This document shows positions 28,115-42,748 of a stretch of DNA of 64,000 nucleotides, in pieces. Position 1 is the first letter of the stretch, and every line of letters begins with the position of its first letter. Position numbers and translations under genes: made by a program. This stretch comes from Octopus vulgaris (lineage: Eukaryota): NCBI GenBank assembly GCA_951406725.2, contig OX597830.1, positions 28,148,001 to 28,212,000 of the forward strand, in the 5' to 3' direction. The notes below the pieces were generated by a model. The model saw nothing but the letters and a program-made list of their open reading frames with translations, ran no database searches and had not been told where the DNA came from.

Positions 28115-28627
28115 AGGTGATGGAAATATTACCTGTGAGGAAAGTATTAGAGGGAAAATGTGAGAGGTAGGTGAAAAGGATGGAGTGGAGAGGGAAGAGG
28201 GAAAATTACGGTTATTGATGAAGGGTAAATGAATTGTAGGAAAATCCTACAACATGATAACAACTGGTAGTTGTATAACGGTTACAAAGAGACAGAGCGA
28301 GAAAGGGCTAGAGAGAGAAAGTGAAAGGGTGAGAATGAAACGTGTGTATCTGCATCTATGTATGTATTTATGTTTAAACAGATAGGGAGAGAGGAAGGAC
28401 TGATGGATCGAGAAAAAGTAGAGAATGGAATAAAGGGAGGAAAAGAGAATGAGATGGAGAGAGAGAGAGAGAGGTGGTGAGAGAGAGAACAAGAGAAAGC
28501 TAAGAGAAATACCATTTATCATATCGTCGGATAGATTTTATAGAAAGAACTGAATAAGTACAGAAAGAAGAGGGAAAATGTTATACACACGTATGCACAC
28601 ACACGCCCACACGCTCACACACATTCA

Positions 28628-28704
<77 letters not shown>

Positions 28705-28899
28705 GGGTGCACGTGTTTGTATGTATGTATCTGTGTACATTACGTAAATGTACGTTTATATGCATGAATATATGTATAGATGTGCATATAAGTATATCTC
28801 TGTCTCCTTATGTATATATGTATATGTGTGTGCGTGTACGTGTGTGTATGAGACTGCGTATGAGAACTTATAAATATTCCTATGAATATGTGTGTATGA

Positions 28900-28936
<37 letters not shown>

Positions 28937-29914
28937 TTGGAATATATACTCATCTTCTCAGTCCATTTGTATCTCTGAATAAGTGAGCGTATGCTTGCAT
29001 GAATTATTTTTGTTTCTATGTTGGTTTCTATATTTGTATGTATGTGCTTGTATGCGTGTATTTATTCATTCGTGTGTATGCGACCATGTACGTCTGTACG
29101 TGCGAGTGTGTGTGCGTGTGTAATAAAGCTTGTGTACGTTAGTAACATACGGATATCCCTACTGCCACATTCATACACACATTTAGACATATATCCATAC
29201 GCATCTCCACAGAGACACACACACACGACGTTATCCACAAACAGACACGCACTCTCATAATAAAAGCTGTTCGCTGGAAAATTATTATTGCTAAATTAAT
29301 CAAGACGTTAAATGAAATTGGTGAATGTCGGAGTTGATTGTTATCGATGCTTGCCTAATTGGTGCAGATCAGAGTGAAATGAGACGAGATCAATAATAAA
29401 CGGTTCAAGTAAAACATGGATGGTTCGATGAAAAAGCATCACGAAAAGAAAAATATATAAATGAAATATAAAATTAAAAAAAATATATATATATATATAA
29501 GAAAAAGTAAACAAGCAGCTCATGATTTATAGTTTCAATTCCTAGTGACATTTTATCAGGTGAATGTACCAGAATGTATTAATGGAGTTTAACTTTTATC
29601 TTTTTCCAATTATCAGTCTGTATGAAGTTATTAAAATATATACACCAACACACAGAGAACAGAAATATCTATCACGCACGCCCATGCAGAAACACACACA
29701 CACACATACACACACACACACACACATACACACACACATACACACATACATTCTCTCTCTCTCTCTCTCAAACTTATATGCGTATATATTTGCGTGTATG
29801 TATTCATCACCACCACATGTATATATGTATATGCGATGTATATGTACATGCTATGTTCATATGTATGACTGTATGTATGTCTGTGCGTATATATATGTAT
29901 GTATATATACATAA

Positions 29915-29978
<64 letters not shown>

Positions 29979-30396
29979 TCACATATACGCATACAAGTGC
30001 ATATATGTATGTGTCTATGTCCGCATAGTGTGTCGTTAAATGTAAAGATAGACAATGTCCATCAATAACAAAAGTAACTTGATCAAAATAGCGTGGATAG
30101 ACAACTTATAACAAAGAGATTCACGTTCAAACTTCTTTGAATCCTCGACGGATTTTAATCCACAAATTCTTCGGGTAGTATACTACGGCAAAATTCGAAC
30201 CATCTGGCAAACATTTCTTGCTCGTGTGCATTCCCGTGTTTTGTGTCGTCTTCGTGCTTGTGTGCTTGTGTATGTGTATACGTTCACCATATATACACAT
30301 ATACATATGTACGTGGATATATATATATATACACACATATGTATGTATTTGTATATATATGTATGTATATGTATGTGTATGTATATATAGAGATAC

Positions 30397-30441
<45 letters not shown>

Positions 30442-30907
30442 TATACATACACACACATACATGCAATACCTGTGTGTACACTCTCTCTCTCTCACACACA
30501 CATACACACACGTATACACACATATAAATATATATCCCTTCATAATCATGCATGAAATATATTTAATGTAAGAAAATCGACAGATAGTTAGTTGAAAGTC
30601 TACATTACAATTTCTTTGTGTAAGTAAAAGCTATGGTTAGGCGAAGTTCCTCGATTGCTTAAAGAATACTCCTCATCTACGAAATATGCACGCAGATCAT
30701 TTCCAAACTGTTTTTCTGTTTGCTTAAAAATATAGAATGTTTTCACATCGTCGGTAATCTCCATAACTAAGGCTTTCAAAGCATTTACTTTTAGATTTAC
30801 TTAGTACACACGTTTCAAGTATTGCGATTTACTAGTTATTCAATGCAACAGAATTGAAAGAAACTGGTGTTGGACTGCATCGTTAAGTCTTCAATTATTT
30901 AGTAACA

Positions 30908-31124
30908 TATAAGGCGGCGAGGTAGCTGAATAATTAGCACACTGTGCAAAGCGCTTAGCGGCATTTTGGCTGCCTGCACTTTCTGAGTTAAAATTCCGTG
31001 GAGGTTGATTTTGCATTTCATGTCTTCGGGTGCGATAAATTGAGTACCAGTGAAATACTGGTGTCGATGTAACTACTTAGCTTCCTTCCACAAAATTTCA
31101 GGCCTTCTATCTATGGTCGAAAGG
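30908..31124 (+). mobile_element. SINE family B with ~14-bp TSD
   Basis: Head aaggcggcgaggtagc. TSD attatt(t/c)agtaaca at 30894-30907 and 31125-31138. Confidence 0.8.
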
Positions 31125-31390
31125 ATTATTCAGTAACAGAGACTAGAAGAATACTATGAACCCATCGTCAGGATTAGAAATCCCTCCTGGTACTCTTTTG
31201 GGCTATTTAACTAAATTATTCTATATATTCATATTAACTCTCATTTACATTCCTACGCATGTACACACACATACACACAGATACTACACATACCATTACA
31301 CACACATAAACAACCTAGCATATGTGTGAGTGTGAGTATGTGTGCGTATACACACACTAATGTATGTATGAATGTAGATCTATCTATCTG

Positions 31391-31422
<32 letters not shown>

Positions 31423-31443
31423 CACATATATTTATATTCATGC

Positions 31444-31476
<33 letters not shown>

Positions 31477-32214
31477 AGTGTAGGTGTGTGTGAGTGTGTG
31501 TGTGTTTGTGTTTGTATATCCATATTATCAGACAGCCGTGAGGTATGTCTACCATAATGAACTGACAGCGCTGAGTAATTAATTAATCACCTTATATGCA
31601 AATATTTCATGGCGGAAATACATTAGATAATAATTGAAAACTGTCGTATTATGTTTGGGTGAAGAAGGGAAGAGAAACTGTGTAAAGTACTAATGGAGAA
31701 TACTTAGTTCACAGCACATATACGGACGTAGAATTAAGACTGAATGCTTCTTTATTTCTGTATTATAGAAATTAAAACGTTGTTTGAAGATTCAAATATT
31801 GAGGAGTAGTCTCAATAATAGCCGATAGTATATCGCTTTATTTTGGCGGGGGGCGGATTAAGCAGTATAGACTTACTCCGTGTAAATGTTCTGCTTTCAG
31901 AGATACACAGAATTTAACGAGTGACGACCATTGTCGTTATGGTATTTGGTGTTTTCTAATTGGTATGTTGGGCCGATGCCCTCTCTGATCGCAACCTTGC
32001 AACGGGTTTCGATATTTTTCAGGCTGCATGCAAATACGCATATGCATTTTGTGTGTGTGTGTGTGTATATATATGTGTGTGTGTGTGTATAAATGTCTGT
32101 GTGTGTGTATCTAACGTTATCTGTACATGTGGACATATGTTTGAGGATGTTGTTCTAGATCGGAACGAAAATCCAGGTAATTATATTTCTAGGGAGGTAT
32201 ATCTTTTTTTTTTC

Positions 32215-32531
32215 TACTCTAGTCACGAGACCCGATATTTTTGGGGATGCAACTGGTACTTGATTTATCGACCCCGAAAGGATGAAAGGCATAGTCGACC
32301 TGGTAGGAATTTGAACTCATAACGTAAAAGCAGACGAATTGCCTATTTCTTTACTACCCACAAGGGTATAAACACAGAGGGGAAGAACACAGTGCGTAAC
32401 TGGTACTTCTTTAATCGAGCCCGAAAGGATGAAAGGCAAAGTCGACCTTGGCGGAATTTGAACTCTGAACGTAGCGGCAGACGAAATACCGCAAAGCATT
32501 TCGGTCGACATGCTAATGTTTCCGCTAGTTC
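32215..32531 (-). mobile_element. SINE family B with duplicated central domain
   Basis: aactggtactt..cccgaaaggatgaaaggca.agtcgacct.g..ggaatttgaactc occurs twice (32251-32345 and 32398-32490). Confidence 0.8.
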
Positions 32532-32683
32532 ATTTCTAGAAGGGTATATGACAACGTAAAGGAAGGATCTTTATTCGGTCATTCATATACAAAATGGCAT
32601 CATTTTAATTATAGTATATATGATGTTATCTGTTGGTTGACATGATCGTTTATCAGACGATTGTCTTTGGGTTTTCGCACTTG

Positions 32684-32720
<37 letters not shown>

Positions 32721-32726
32721 TGTGTT

Positions 32727-32794
<68 letters not shown>

Positions 32795-32805
32795 TATATA
32801 TATGT

Positions 32806-33036
32806 GAAGGCGCATGGCTCCAGCTGTTAGAGCGTCGAGCTTACGATCGTGAGGTTGTGAGTTCGAATCCCGGACCGGGCTGCGTGTTGTGTTCTTGAGC
32901 AAGACACTTTATTTCACTTTGCTCCAGTTCACTCAGCTGTAGAAATGAGCTGCGACGCCAATCTTGCCCGGACTTGTGTCTCGGAGGATAATTATCTAGG
33001 TGCAATCACATGGTCAGTTATGACCGAAGTGGGTCT

Positions 33037-33040
<4 letters not shown>
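32806..33040 (+). mobile_element. SINE family C (tRNA head, CORE-like segment)
   Basis: ggcgcatggctc..gttagagcgtcgagcttacgatcgtgaggttgtgagttcgaatcccgg; embedded in (TA)n. Confidence 0.85.
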
Positions 33041-33127
<87 letters not shown>

Positions 33128-33282
33128 GCAGACAGACAGGGCGGGACAGACAGAGAAAATGAGAGAAAGTATGTCTGAGTATGAACATTATACAATATTG
33201 AGCTTTTCTATGAATGTCTAAGGGTTTTGAATGACGTGTTCAGATTATTCCCAGAATGTTATACATATATTCGTTTTTTGTT

Positions 33283-33988
<706 letters not shown>

Positions 33989-34150
33989 TGTTTCTGAGTT
34001 CAAAATCCGCCGAGGTCGACTTTGTCTTTCATCCTTCCGGGGTCGATTAAATAAGTACCAATTACGCACTCGGGTCGATGTAATCGACTTGATCTCTTCG
34101 TCTGTCCTCGTTTGTCCCCTCTCTGTTTAGCCCGTTGTAGGCAATAAACA
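33989..34150 (+). mobile_element. SINE family B, 5'-truncated
   Basis: ttctgagttcaaaatccgccgaggtcgactttgtctttcatccttccggggtcgattaaataagtacca. Confidence 0.85.
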
Positions 34151-34861
34151 ATTATATATATATAAATATATATATACACACATACATATAAAACGTCTTG
34201 ACATTAATCAACTATTCTCCATTCAAAGTCATGAGCCATTCAGAAGAAAAAAAAATCAATATTATATCACATAACAACATTTTAATAAATTCAAAACTCA
34301 ACACGGTTTCGTTTCTCGCTTTAAAGCCATTTCGTTTTACTCGCGACACTAATACCTCGAAGGAATTTTTGTCCAACAACTCAACTTACCATTTGCCGCC
34401 TACCTGCTCCTGTGAAACATACAATATATGTGCGTAGTTAAAAGAAACCAATATTATGCCACGCATTGATTGGTTAGAGAAAAAAATAAAAAGCGAAACA
34501 AAAGGAAAAATTAAATTCGTTCTTAATTCTCTGTCAAATGTGAAAGAAGCCAGACAGAACAACTTAACTATCAGAGTACGTAATCGTAGGACTTCTTATT
34601 CAATGAGTTTCAATGTCTATTATTTTGTGGTTTCCAATTCAATTTGAATTATCACGCAAGTTTTGAGGGTCAACATTCACTAGTGATTAAAAAACAAAAA
34701 GAAAATTATTATTCACATACGTACGAACGCATAGAGCGAAACTTATTCAGATACACGCACACACTCACACACAGACGTACACACATACACACACATTCAC
34801 ACAGACACACTGTGTGCGTGTATGCGTGAGTTTGAACATGTGAATAGACATACATACAAAC

Positions 34862-34899
<38 letters not shown>

Positions 34900-34941
34900 C
34901 GCTTATTTAGGTATATATATGAATGTATAAATGAATATCTA

Positions 34942-34989
<48 letters not shown>

Positions 34990-35815
34990 CTTACATATAT
35001 ATACATATATATACACACACACATATATATCTGTGAGTATGTATATATACACACATACATAAACATATATATGTGTGTATTTATGCATGTATACATATAT
35101 ATGTGTGTGTTATATCGATATATATATAGATATACATACATACATACATACATATATATATATATATACATGTATATAAATATATGTATATATATATGTA
35201 CTTATACATACTTACGTACCTACGTTTGTATATACATACATTCTTACCTACAAACATGAACACACACTTTCTTACACACATATATACATACATACATACA
35301 TACATATACATATACATACATACAAACTCACACACACACGCACACACACATATATATATATGTATGCACGAATGTACGAATGTATCTATGTGTGTATGTA
35401 TGTTTGTAGGTAAGAATCTTTCTTGGTAAAACAAAACAGAAAGCGCAAATGACGTAAAATACTAACCAAAGACAAAAGAACAATAAAAAGGAAGAAAGAA
35501 AATACAGCAGATCAGAACAATGCAAGAGAAAAGAGAATAAAACAATAAAAAAAATATCCAATTTAAGGTATTTCTTAACTAAGAACGTTTTTTCTTGCTT
35601 TGACCTATACACACATTAGATATCGTTTTTCTAATTATTTGAATTACCTTAAACGTGAAATTCCATCACTCTAGGCGGTCATTTACCGTTTATCTCTCTC
35701 TCTTTCTCTCTTTCTCTCTCTCTCCTTATCTATCTATCGATCAATCTATTTATCTTGATATCTGTTTTTGTGAATATATATATAGCTAGATAGGTAGATA
35801 GACAGATAGGTAAGT

Positions 35816-35866
<51 letters not shown>

Positions 35867-35870
<4 letters not shown>

Positions 35871-36073
35871 ATCCAAACAAGAAAGCACAAAAGACACAAC
35901 AACGCGAGGACGTGGAACAAATATAGTATTATAGGACGCTCAGGAAAGAAGGAAAGAAGGAAGGTTTTCGTTTCGAGCGGAGCTCTTCGTCGGAAACATA
36001 GGAGAAGGAAAGATCCAGAGAAGGGAAGACAGAGGAAAAAACTCGCCAACGGTACACACGCGGTCACATTTTG

Positions 36074-36076
<3 letters not shown>
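35867..36076 (-). mobile_element. Neptune-like PLE 3' terminus (subfamily 2) with damaged hammerhead at 35963-35997
   Basis: Near-identical to 42543-42748 and flanked by (TA)n. Core CCGACGA; the cleavage triplet is disrupted. Confidence 0.85.
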
Positions 36077-36127
<51 letters not shown>

Positions 36128-36371
36128 AAATCGGTAACTGTTCTCTGATTACTGCCCCTCTCTGTGTCTCTCTTCGTCCTATGTTCTTATTTTGTTATTA
36201 TTTCTTGGGCGTATCTTTGCAGTGTCGTTCTCTCACCTATTACGTATTGCGCGCCGTAATAGTAAACAACATAAGTAATATACGGTCAGAACCAGCAGAT
36301 CGAATGGCCTACTTGGAATAGCAAACGCACCCTATTTTTAAAGTATCTGAATAATATTGTGCTGGTAGGCA

Positions 36372-36438
<67 letters not shown>

Positions 36439-36456
36439 GATCGATCTATATATCTA

Positions 36457-36580
36457 TTTTTTTATGATCCCTTTTTTTGATCGATAACTTACACCCCCCT
36501 TTCTTGTCTCTCCCCCAAAAGAAAAGCTCTACTTTGTAATTTGTTCCCCTCTGTGTTCCGCCCCGTGTGACTAATAAACA
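36457..36580 (+). mobile_element. Tx1-like element 3' tail, copy A
   Basis: ccccaaaagaaaagctctac.ttgtaatttgt..ccgtgtgactAATAAAca followed by tatctatc. Confidence 0.75.
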
Positions 36581-36758
36581 TATCTATCTAACAAGCTACC
36601 TATCTACCTACCTACCTACCTACCTACCTACCTACCTACCTACCTACCTACCTACCTACCTACCTACCTACCTACCTACTTACCTATCTACCTATCTATC
36701 TATCTACCTACCTACCTACCTACCTACCTACCTATCTATCTATCTACCTACCTACCTA

Positions 36759-36927
36759 TTTTTTTCTTTTCCTTTTTTTTCTTTTTTTCTTTTTTTTGTT
36801 CTTTTTCCCCTTTTACGATCCCTTTTGATCGAAAACCGACGCCACCTTTTTTTCTCCCCCAAAAGAAAAGCTCTACCTTGTAACTTGTCCCATCTGTGTG
36901 CAGCCCTGTATGGACAATAAAGAAATT
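36759..36927 (+). mobile_element. Tx1-like element 3' tail, copy B
   Basis: Same terminus; AATAAAgaaa followed by a (CTAC)n tract. Confidence 0.8.
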
Positions 36928-37278
36928 TGTCTACCTACCTACCTACCTACCTACCTACCTACCTACCTACCTACCTACCTACCTACTTACTTACCTACAT
37001 ACCTACCTACCTACCTACCTACCTACCTACCTACCTACCTACCTACCTAACTATCTATCTACCTACCTACATACCTACTTACCTACCTACCTATCTACCT
37101 ACCTACCTACATACGTATCTATCTATCTACCTACCTACCTACATACCTCCTTACCTACCTACCTACCTACCTACCTACCTACTTACATACTTACCTACCT
37201 ACCTACCTACCTATCTATCTACCTACCTACTTACCTACCAACCTACCTACTTACCTACCTACCTACTTACCTATCTAC

Positions 37279-37340
<62 letters not shown>

Positions 37341-37341
<1 letters not shown>

Positions 37342-38458
37342 GCAGTCGTGGATCAAAAAGAGGCCGAGGAAGGGCGAATGGCACCGCGAGTGTCGCGTTG
37401 CTCTCAAGCAACTCTGCCGTCCTGGGTCGACCTTAAGTGACTTCAACACAACCAAAGCATTCTATAGGGGTTTAGTGGAGGGGAGGTACGACGACGTGCT
37501 CGGGGCGAACCTGGACGTCGACGAGGAGTACCTGACCCGCCTGTTCAGGACGACTTTCGGGCCAGGGCCCATGGACAACTTCCAGAGATCCCTGGCCTGG
37601 CAGTGCTACCGAGAAGCGCTACCCGTTCGGGATAAGCTCTACAGACACGGCTCGAGAAACACGGGGCCGACCTGCCCGAGATGCGGTCAGAGCGACGAAA
37701 CCGTTCTGCACGCACTCGTTCAGTGTCCAACAATTTCCGACCTGTGGGCTTATGTCGAACAACTGCTGTCACGTGTGGGACGAGTCGGTTTATCAGCTGA
37801 GTCTATCGTCAATATTGTCACGCCTCCTTCCTTCAAACGGGAAGGAAGAGCTATTTTCATCATCCTTGTGGCTATGGCGAAAGAATGTATCTGGTGGACG
37901 CGTCTGAAAGGATTGGAGACAAACACTTTCCTCTCTGGTCAATCTCTCATCAACTTCTTCAAGTACCACTTGAAAAGGAAAGTGAGAGTAGAGAGGCAAG
38001 TTTTGTCTAGCGAATGTTTTAAAAAAAGATGGGTGAATGTAGCAAGAATGGCACGTATGTATGACGAAGCCACCTTGAGCATAGTCCTATGAACCCAGAA
38101 ATCGAAAACAGAGAGTTGCTTATTTGCAAAAAAAAAAGAAATATAAAATGTGACTTCATTGACCGAGGTTACCGTGGTCTTTTCCGTAGGCTTTTCTTTC
38201 CACGGGTAAACCTCACCTGTCCTCCCCTTTACACTTCATATTGACATTTCTGTGATAACGATCCCTATTGATCAATTTTTTTTTCCTCTCCCCACTTTTT
38301 TTAACCCCCCCTTTTTTGTCCTTTTTCTCTCCTTTTACGATCCCTTTTGATCGAAACACCCCTTTCCTTTTTTTTTTTTTTTTTAAACCTTCAAAAGAAA
38401 AGCTCTACCTTGTAATTTGTTCTATCTGTGTGCAGCCCTGTGTGGCTAATAAAGAAAC
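37341..38458 (+). mobile_element. Tx1/L1-clade LINE, 5'-truncated copy C (ORF2 C-terminus with zf-RVT, stop at 38092)
   Basis: Open frame of about 250 aa: FQRSLAWQCYREALPVRDKL..CPRCGQSDETVLHALVQCPTISDLW (C-x2-C-x8-H-x4-C zf-RVT). T-rich 3' UTR, AATAAA at 38448, bounded by (TATC)n. Confidence 0.9.
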
Positions 38459-38463
38459 ATATC

Positions 38464-39226
38464 TATCAGCTGAGTCTATCTTCAATATTGTCACGCCTCC
38501 TTCCTTCAAACGGGAAGGAAGAGCTATTTTCATCATCCCTGTGGCTATGGCGAAAGAATGTATCTGGTGGACGCGTCTGAAAGGATTGGAGACAAACACG
38601 TTCTACTCTGGTCAATCTCTCATCAACTTCTTCAAGTACCACTTGAAAAGGAAAGTGAGAGTAGAGAGGCAAGTTTTGTCTAGCGAATGTTTTAAAAAAA
38701 GATGGGTGAATGTAGCAAGGATGGCACGTATGAATGACGAAGCCACCTTGAACATAATCCTATGAACCCAGAAATTGAAAACAGGGTTACCCACTTGCAA
38801 ACAAATGTGGTAACATATAACAATATTGACCAAGGTTACCGTGGTCTTTTTCGTAGGCTTTTCTTCCCACGGATAAACCTTACTTGCTTTCCCCCTTACA
38901 CCATATATCATAACACTGTGATACACGATCCCTATTGATCGTTCTTTTTTTCCTCTTCCCCTTTTTTCCCCTTTTTTCTTCTTTTTTCATTTCTCTTTCC
39001 TTTTGTTCCTTTTCCTTTTCTTTTTTCTTCTTTTTCTTCTTTTTATTTTATTCAATTTTTTTTTGTTTTTTTGTTTTCGTTCTTTTCTTCCCTTTTACGA
39101 TCCCTCTTGATCGAAAACCTACGCCACCCCCTTTTTTTTCTTTTGTTATTTGTTCTCTTCATCCCCCAAAAGAAAAGCTCTACCTTGTCCCATCTGTGTG
39201 CAGCCCTGTGTGGCCAATAAAGAAAC
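38464..39226 (+). mobile_element. Tx1-like copy D
   Basis: Near-identical to copy C from 37791 onward. The 5' junction lies at an internal TATC; ends AATAAAgaaac then (TATC)n. Confidence 0.9.
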
Positions 39227-39284
<58 letters not shown>

Positions 39285-39285
<1 letters not shown>

Positions 39286-40237
39286 CTGCTGTCACGTGTG
39301 GGACGTGTCGGTTTATTAGCTGAGTCTATCGTCAATATTGTCACGCCTCCTTCCTTCAAACGGGAAGGAAGAGCTATTTTCATCATCCTTGTGGCTATGG
39401 CGAAAGAATGTATCTGGTGGACGCATCTGAAAGGATTGGAGACAAACACATTCCTCTCTAGTCAATCTCTCATCAACTTCTTCAAGTACCACTTGAAAAG
39501 GAAAGTGAGAGTAGAGAGGCAAGTTTTGTCTAGCGAATGTTTTAAAAAAAGATGGGTGAATGTAGCAAGGATGGCACGTATGAACGACGAAGCCACCTTG
39601 AGCATAATCCTATGAACCCAGAAATTGAAAACAGAGGGTTACCCACTTGCAAACAAATGTGGTAACATATAACAATATTGACCAAGGTTACCGTGGTCTT
39701 TTTCGTAGGCTTTTCTTCCCACGGATAAACCTTACTTGCTTTCCCCTTTACACCATATATCATAACACTGTGATACACGATCCCTATTGATCGTTCTTTT
39801 TTTCCTCTTCCCCTTTTTTTCCTCTTTTTTCTTCTTTTTTCATTTCTCTTTTCTCTTGTTCCTTTTCCTTTTCTTTTTTTCTTTTTATTCTTTTTATTTT
39901 TTTATTTTATTATTTTTTTTTGTTCTTTTTTTCCCTTTTACGATCCCTCTGGATCGAAAACCTACGCCACCCCTTTTTTTCCTCTTTTTTCTTCTTTTTT
40001 CATTTCTCTTTTCTTTTGTTCCTTTTCCTTTTCTTTTTTTTCTTTTTATTCTTTTTATTTTTTATTTTATTTATTTATTTTTTTGTTCTTTTCTTCCCTT
40101 TTACGATCCCTCTGGATCGAAAACCTACGCCACCCCTTTTTTTCTTTTGTTTTTTGTTTTTTTCATCCCCCAAAAGACAAGCTCTACCTTGTAACTTGTC
40201 CCATCTGTATGCAGCCCTGTGTGGCCAATAAAGAAAC
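39285..40237 (+). mobile_element. Tx1-like copy E with internal 3' UTR duplication
   Basis: Near-identical to C and D; the ttttacgatccctctggatcgaaaacctacgccacccc unit occurs twice. Flanked by (TATC)n. Confidence 0.9.
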
Positions 40238-40608
40238 TTATCTATCTATCTATCTATCAATCTATCTATCTATCTATTTATCTATTTATCTAGGAAATTA
40301 GTATTATACCTATAGAGATGTGTTTGATTCGTAGCTTACACTGGTCATCTCTGAGTAAATGCTGAATAACCAATCGGATAAAAATGATAAAGCGAACGTT
40401 TGCTCTGGTTTATCATACAGTATGTGTAATACTTGCGACTGTGTTCTAAAGTATCTCGTCTATGAGTGGCGTGTGGTGGGCCCCCTAAGACAGACACACA
40501 CATGCAGTCGCTCTCAGCCCACCCATACCACACATACATGCACCACATACACTTAAGCATGCACATGCACATGTACACACTTACGCAGATACCGATGCAC
40601 AAGCACGT

Positions 40609-40671
<63 letters not shown>

Positions 40672-40717
40672 GATAGATACACATCAGGCAGAGAGACAGA
40701 CAAACAGGTAGAGAGTT

Positions 40718-40774
<57 letters not shown>

Positions 40775-40789
40775 TAGATTGATAGATAT

Positions 40790-41505
40790 GTTTCTTTATT
40801 GGCCACACAGGGCTGGAACACAGATGGGTAGGACAAAATACAAAGTAGAGCTTTTCTTTTGGGGGAAAAGGAGAGAAGAAACAAGAAAAAAATGTGGGTC
40901 GAATTGCGATCAAAAGGGATCATGAGAAAAGAAAACGAAAAGGGTTGGGCTGATCAATAGGGATCGTGTATCACAGAAATGTCAATGTAAAAAGGGAAAA
41001 CAGATTAGGTTTATCCGTAGAAAAAAAAAGCTTACGGAAAAGACCACGGGGACCTTGGACAATAGTGTCATGCAAAAAAAAAACAAAAAAACAAGTGACT
41101 CTCTTTTTTCCCTTCTCTTTGTTTTGGTTCATAGGATTATGCTCAAGGTGGCTTCGTGAATCACTCGTGCCATCCTTGCTACATTCACCCATCTTTTTTT
41201 TAAACAGTCACTAAATAAAACTTCCCTCTCTACTCTCACCTTCCTCCTCGAGTGATGCTTGAAGAAGTTGATGAGAGATAGACCAGAGAGGAAAGAGTTT
41301 GTCTCTAGACCTTTCAGACGCGTCCACCATACACATTATTTTGCCATAACCACAAGTACGATGAAAATGGCTCTTCCTTCTAGTTTCAAGGAAGGAGTCA
41401 CAACAATATTCACGATAGACACGCGAGTGCAGTCGTTCGATATAGGACCACAGGTCGGAATTGGTTGGACACTGTATGAGTGTGTGCGGGAGGGTTTCTA
41501 CGCTA
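40790..41505 (-). mobile_element. Tx1-like copy F (older, inverted)
   Basis: Reverse-complement homology (ETLPHTLIQCPTNSDLWSYIE); its 3' end abuts gatagata, which is (TATC) on its own strand. Confidence 0.85.
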
Positions 41506-42393
41506 CACAGAGAGATGTATATGTATATATACTGTATATACCTGCTTTCGTATATGCATGCATACGTACAAATATACGGGCATGTACGCATACACTTGCA
41601 TAGATGCACACATATGTAATACGATTTCCCCTTGGCCTGATAATACTTCTAATCAGTTGTTTGAACTCAATGTATTTTTGCTTTAAAGTAAGGCATCATA
41701 TCAATACCGAACATTGTATCAATTAATGAACGACAGAATAATATGGGTTACGTCATTAATTTTTTAGTTGTCTCTTTTTTAAGAAACATTGTGTTCAGAG
41801 GTGAGTGGTTGTGAAACATCATATAGCTTCCTCGTTGATATTAAATTGAGTGTATTTTCAAATGAACAGTCTTTATGTAACAGAAACAATCTTCTGCTAA
41901 TGAAAGTGTTTACGTAATGCCTGTTCTTTTGTCCTACACTGACACAACCAGACATGAACACATATCTCTGTAAGCGCACGCGTGTGTGTGTGTGCTTAAT
42001 TATTTATATGTTTGTGTAAAACATTTTCTATATTTATGTTTACAACAATTTAAAAGCGGTGTTGCGTTTATGCTGTGTTCAATTATATCCTGCAAATTTG
42101 TGGTTCCGACGATGGAAATCGATAAAAAAAAAATGTACCACACCGAAATAGGTAATGGTGGTTGAAATTAATGTCTGAAACACTGTAATGTGCTGGTCTG
42201 GCATGGTTGTTGCTGAATGAATGAAGCCAGTATGAGAATAAATGAATAAAAAGGTAGAGAAACAAGTAACAGTGCATAATACAGTACAGAAAACTGTAAG
42301 AGAGGAAATAAATGAAAGCGTACAGAAAGGAGTAACTAAATGAATGAAAAACTGAGTACAAATGACTTCAAAGGAAAACCGTATAATTATGTA

Positions 42394-42455
<62 letters not shown>

Positions 42456-42460
42456 GCTAG

Positions 42461-42530
<70 letters not shown>

Positions 42531-42542
42531 GTATATATATAA

Positions 42543-42748
42543 AGTTAATCCAAACAAGAAAGCACAAAAAAACACAACAACGCGAGGATGTGGAACAAAT
42601 ATAGTATTATTGGATGCTCAGGAAAGAAGGAAAGAAGGGGGGTTTAACGTTTCGAGCGGAGCTCTTCGTCGGAAACATAGGAGAAGGAAATATCCAGTGA
42701 AGGGAAAATAGAGGAAAAAAATCGCCAACGGTACACACACGGTCACAT
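42543..42748 (-). mobile_element. Neptune-like PLE 3' terminus (subfamily 2)
   Basis: Matches 35867-36069; (TA)n at the 3' end. Confidence 0.85.
42642..42676 (-). ncRNA. Minimal hammerhead motif (U4C variant)
   Basis: GTTT-CCGACGA-A-GAGC(TCC)GCTC-GAAA-CG-TT-AAAC; stems I and II are perfect. Confidence 0.7.

Noticed and set aside
36896-37340. N-terminal LPTY repeats of the 398-aa ORF as a real protein domain
   Set aside because: Chance in-frame read-through of (CTAC)n into the truncated Tx1 ORF2.
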